From NCBI GenBank assembly GCA_964481345.1, contig CAYZTC010000001.1:71766-135765 (forward strand): DNA of 64,000 bases. The letters are read 5' to 3'. Within the stretch, counting starts at the first letter, position 1; the number at the start of each line of letters is the position of its first letter. Positions 60,746 to 64,000 of this stretch are shown in pieces. The notes under the pieces are model-generated. The model did no database searches and was not told the DNA's origin. It worked only from the letters and a program-made list of their open reading frames with translations. Origin of the DNA: an uncultured Candidatus Saccharibacteria bacterium. GTDB lineage: Bacteria; Patescibacteriota; Dojkabacteria; SC72; JAFGCJ01. The translations under genes were made by a program, and so were the position numbers.

Positions 60746-61147
60746 CTACTTTACGTCAATATCAATCTTTTTGGGCTCTGAACCCTCACTCTTTGGAAGA
60801 GAAATTGTCAAGACACCATCTTCAAACGTTGCATTTGACTTAGATGGGATAACCTCCACAGGAAGTGCACAAGACCTGGTAAATGATCTCTTCGAAATCT
60901 CTTTCTTGTAATATTTTCTCTTTTTATCCTTTTCCTCAATCTCCTCCTGAGCCTTACCAACAACGGTAATATTTCCAGATTCGACTGAAACATCAATCTC
61001 GTCCTTCTTAAATCCTGGAGCTTTAACCTTTACCATAACGTTATCTCCCTCCTCGTAAACATCCATCTGAATATCAGAATCCCAATCAAATTCATCCCAA
61101 TCATTAGGCATAAGTCCCCAAGGGCCCCAAACAGAAAGTCTTCTCAT
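60746..61147 (-). CDS. Small heat shock protein (Hsp20)
   Basis: DVYE..PG..SFTRS..LP..ATFEDGVLTISLPK; start moved to MRRLS because the longer start lies inside the CIRCE. Confidence 0.93.
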   Translation of the reverse strand: MRRLSVWGPWGLMPNDWDEFDWDSDIQMDVYEEGDNVMVKVKAPGFKKDEIDVSVESGNITVVGKAQEEIEEKDKKRKYYKKEISKRSFTRSCALPVEVIPSKSNATFEDGVLTISLPKSEGSEPKKIDIDVK

Positions 61148-61169
61148 GAAAGTATACTTTAACAATTTA

Positions 61170-61230
61170 TTGGCAGTCGACATATTAGACTGCTAAATAA
61201 TAGTATATCGTTGGTAGTTATTTCTGTCAA
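61170..61230 (-). promoter_or_regulatory. hsp20 promoter (TTGACA-17-TATACT) and variant CIRCE
   Basis: ttggcagtc-N9-gactgctaa at 61170-61196; promoter at 61230-61202. Confidence 0.88.
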
Positions 61231-61246
61231 GAATTATAATAGAAAT

Positions 61247-61738
61247 ATGCAAAACAAAAGGACCAATAAATGGCTTATTGAAAGACTTTACTACATCTGG
61301 GAAAACTACTTTGCAGATGTTCCGAGAAAAAACCTTGTACTAATAAAATTCGGAAGAAACTCTAATCGGCAACTTGGATCGATTAAGTGGGCAAGAAAAA
61401 ACACAAGAATAAAGGGACTAATGAAAAGTAAAAAACTACAAGAATTTTACAACTCACAGGACGACAAAAGAATTACTGTCATAACAATCACAAAAAAGTT
61501 TCAAGATGAAACAATTCCGGATTATGTAATTGATAATACAATCGCACACGAGATATGCCACTACGTACACGGGTTCTCGTCTCCCCTAAAGCAGCAATAT
61601 CGCACCCCACATCAAGGAGGAATAATAAAAAGGGAACTATCTGGGCGCGGTTTCGCAGATACCCATAAAAAAGCAAAGAAATGGATTAAAGACAATTGGA
61701 ACCATGCCATAGGCAGGTCTGCCTCTGGCAGAAATTAG
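61247..61738 (+). CDS. SprT-like zinc metalloprotease domain protein
   Basis: QLGSI...IAHEICHYVHGF...PHQG (HExxH plus distal His). Confidence 0.78.
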   Translation: MQNKRTNKWLIERLYYIWENYFADVPRKNLVLIKFGRNSNRQLGSIKWARKNTRIKGLMKSKKLQEFYNSQDDKRITVITITKKFQDETIPDYVIDNTIAHEICHYVHGFSSPLKQQYRTPHQGGIIKRELSGRGFADTHKKAKKWIKDNWNHAIGRSASGRN

Positions 61739-61740
61739 CA

Positions 61741-61770
61741 ATAAGAAAGGGGCGCGAAACCGCGCCCCTT
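61741..61770 (-). terminator. Intrinsic terminator
   Basis: aaggggcgcg-gttt-cgcgcccctt followed by tcttat on the minus strand. Confidence 0.8.
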
Positions 61771-61787
61771 CTAGCAAATGCAACCTA

Positions 61788-62200
61788 CCTTACAGCAGGC
61801 CACTGAAGTCCAGACTAGACTGAGGACAGCCAAGGAGCAGTAACCGAACCACTCATCCAACCCGGCTTACACCGGACCAAACTCCAAACACGGGACTTGC
61901 AAAGATCCTACCGTGGATAAGACACACCTAGAATGCGACTCTCGTACCAATGCAGGCAGGAAAACATACATCCATGCCTGGGATCAGACGCATCTGATCC
62001 GCGACCCGAAAAAGAAGTACGGGCCACCAAAGGTAAGGAACCCACGGAGGGTTCATCCTACAGACAAGCAAGGCTCACGCCAAACTTTGAACTTCAAACC
62101 GGAAGGGAATGTATGCAAACCCAGCGGGGGCAAGGACATCCCTTACCCATCCTGCAGCTCAGGACGAGCTACAGAACCAAGAAGAAAGAACCTGTAAGGA
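61788..62200 (-). ncRNA. Candidate large structured ncRNA of unknown family
   Basis: GC-rich island; ends pair (ccttacag/ctgtaagg); many hairpins with G-U pairs only on the minus strand; upstream TTGACT, downstream terminator. Confidence 0.6.
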
Positions 62201-62258
62201 TCCGTTTTCAGTTATCCACAATTTTTATGAAAAGTCAAGAACTGTCCGAATAATACGA

Positions 62259-62795
62259 TTACGCCTTTGCACCAGTAGTTTCCTTTTGCAATGCATACCT
62301 TCCATACTCAGAATATCCCTTTTCGGCGGCATTTTTTGACGAAATGAATATCAACTTTGCCACTCTCTCCCCGGCCCTGAGGACTATGTCAAACTTATTA
62401 CTATTAAATATCTCCAGTGTGATTATGCTGTCGGAATGTCCTGGCTCAATGTACATCGCAGTATTCTGTACAGACACGCCTAGTCTTGCCAGGGTACTTC
62501 TTGTATCAAACAGACCACCGATATACTTAGGGATTGTCACCTTTTCCAAGGTTTGACCAAGTACAAACATCCCCGGTTTTAAAACAAAGCCTTTCTTGGA
62601 AATTTCCATCCTTTCGTACTCAGGGTTTATTTCTTTACCCATGTCTACTCTTTGGCCATCTTTAGGAATAAGCAATATTTTCCCAAGTCCTAATCTGTAG
62701 CTTCCAGCACAAACATTAGACTCATTATACGGATCGATGATAATTTCCTTTTTCTGGATAAGCCTTTTTATCTGTTTATCTACTAATAAAGACAT
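62259..62795 (-). CDS. dcd: dCTP deaminase
   Basis: RSTLARLG, IEPGH..ITLEIFN, GERVAKL, YGRYALQ. Confidence 0.88.
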   Translation of the reverse strand: MSLLVDKQIKRLIQKKEIIIDPYNESNVCAGSYRLGLGKILLIPKDGQRVDMGKEINPEYERMEISKKGFVLKPGMFVLGQTLEKVTIPKYIGGLFDTRSTLARLGVSVQNTAMYIEPGHSDSIITLEIFNSNKFDIVLRAGERVAKLIFISSKNAAEKGYSEYGRYALQKETTGAKA

Positions 62796-62796
62796 C

Positions 62797-63571
62797 CTAA
62801 AATCTACCAAAACTTATGGCGCTAGGCTCTATAAAACCCCCATAACATATCACCCATCCCAATAAATGCAAAATCACAGTCATCAGGCAAACATTGTAAA
62901 AGATGAACAATGGATACTTTCTAAACCCTTTCTCCTGATGATCTACATGTAATGCTATTAAGGAATAGAGATCCAACTATTAAGGTATACAGACCTACCC
63001 TAGACTCAAGTACACCTAAGGTTACTATCATTCCCTGAAGTAAGCCGGAAACAATGACAACAATCATTTCTGAGTTACCAAGTCTCTTTTTAAGTAGCAC
63101 ATTATCTTGAAAAAACGCAAAAAATGCATTCAGTCCTATTATCCCCGTCCAAATCATATAGTGGCTTAAGTACTCATCAAAAAACTCCACAATAGGAGTA
63201 TCTACTGACATTCTTATCTGATTAGCTGTAAACCTCATCCCTATACCACTTATCAATAGCACAGACATCAGGGTGCAAAATAAAAAGGATGTGATCTTTA
63301 TCTTGTTACTCTTCATTGTTTTAAAGAGTTTCATTGCAAAAGACAGGTAAACTGGAATGGAAACTAAAAGCAGAAGTATCTCTATCATAGACCCAAGGGT
63401 AATGTACTCATGTATTCTCCAGTCCCATCCCTCCCACATAAATAGAAGTATAAAAGTAGAAACAACGAAGTTTTGAAATACAATATATCTAATGTACTCC
63501 CACTCATTTTTATCAATACCTAGAAATTCCTTCATACCCATTAATATATCCTGTCCGAATAGAGGAATCAA
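62797..63571 (-). pseudogene. Polytopic membrane protein gene with apparent frameshift near 62960
   Basis: Track ORF ends in an atypical tail (NSITCRSSGERV); a shifted frame continues IALHVDHQEKGFRKYPLFIFYNVCLMTVILHLLGWVICYGGFIEPSAISFGRF* to 62797, abutting dcd. Confidence 0.55.
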
Positions 63572-64000
63572 TTTTCAATAATTTCCACTTCTTCAATAAG
63601 CTTTTTTAATACGCCTTTAAAACCTTCAAGTTCTTTATACCCAAACCCTTTTTTATTTTTATACGATGGGTCTATTGTTTTTCCTCCACGAAAATTCTGA
63701 ACGACAAGTCTTTTAGCACCTTTCACCAATTTTCCTACTCCCAGTATCGACCTCTTATCATGTAGCCCAGGTACAACTGTTGTCCGAAACTCATAATCTT
63801 TCCCTAATTTCATAATTATCTTAATGCTCTTTTTTATTTTAGAGATATCGACCTCGCAACCAGATGTCTCAGAGTACTTTTCAGGTGAGTTTTTAATATC
63901 CACAGCCCAGTAATCAACTAATTCACATAACTCCTCAATCTTTTCTGGGGAGTACCCGTTTGTATCAACCTTAACCAGTAGTCCTAAGTCTTTCACCTTA
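63568..64000 (-). CDS. Radical SAM anaerobic ribonucleotide reductase activating-like protein, 5' part outside the window
   Basis: VKVDTNG, DYWAVDIK, YEFRTTVVP, VQNFR. Confidence 0.85.
   Translation of the reverse strand, partial: KVKDLGLLVKVDTNGYSPEKIEELCELVDYWAVDIKNSPEKYSETSGCEVDISKIKKSIKIIMKLGKDYEFRTTVVPGLHDKRSILGVGKLVKGAKRLVVQNFRGGKTIDPSYKNKKGFGYKELEGFKGVLKKLIEEVEIIEN

Noticed and set aside
61788-62200. RNase P RNA, tmRNA or group I intron
   Set aside because: Only partial look-alikes on the plus strand (gaggacagcc, cccggcttac, cagactagac) at the wrong spacing. No GAGGAAAGTCC, no tRNA-like ends, and G-U pairing favours the minus strand.
61913-62339. Short plus-strand ORFs (94, 106 and 76 aa)
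   Set aside because: Three overlapping frames with no recognisable motifs; a by-product of the T-poor plus strand.
3802-62556. Numerous antisense ORFs inside baseplate J-like, pnp, infB, alaS, dnaK, lepA and other genes
   Set aside because: Ser/Phe/Ile-rich shadow frames of well-supported genes on the opposite strand.
1-64000. Alternative genetic code (TGA read as Gly or Trp)
   Set aside because: Conserved genes such as lepA, mltG and UDG end at TGA at expected lengths and have no internal TGA.

Overview
AT-rich bacterial chromosomal segment (genetic code 11). Gene content and reduced proteins point to a Patescibacteria/CPR organism, possibly Dojkabacteria or Microgenomates-like; this is inference. 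Core genes: rnj, pnp, rpsO, infB, nusA, alaS, rpsT, lepA, recF, holA, mltG, hrcA-grpE-dnaK, dnaJ, hsp20, dprA-comM-yraN, dcd and tRNA-Ser(GGA). There is also a sortase with surface proteins, a PrgI/TraC/VirB4 trio and a partial restriction-modification gene at the left edge. The most unusual signal is non-coding. At four places (tRNA-Ser, a GT2 gene twice, rnj) a diverged copy of the gene's 5' end lies exactly 100 bp upstream of the next copy. Each copy is cut off by a 24-nt hairpin with a variable 9-bp stem and a conserved RCRTDG hexaloop, suggesting a fixed-length 'hairpin + 76 nt' unit that replaces gene starts. Other observations: synonymously recoded alaS 3' ends repeated downstream of alaS, a dispersed ~46-bp post-stop motif (5 copies), a candidate ~415-450-nt structured ncRNA (61.75-62.2 kb, minus strand), variant CIRCE operators, and palindromes embedded in coding sequences.
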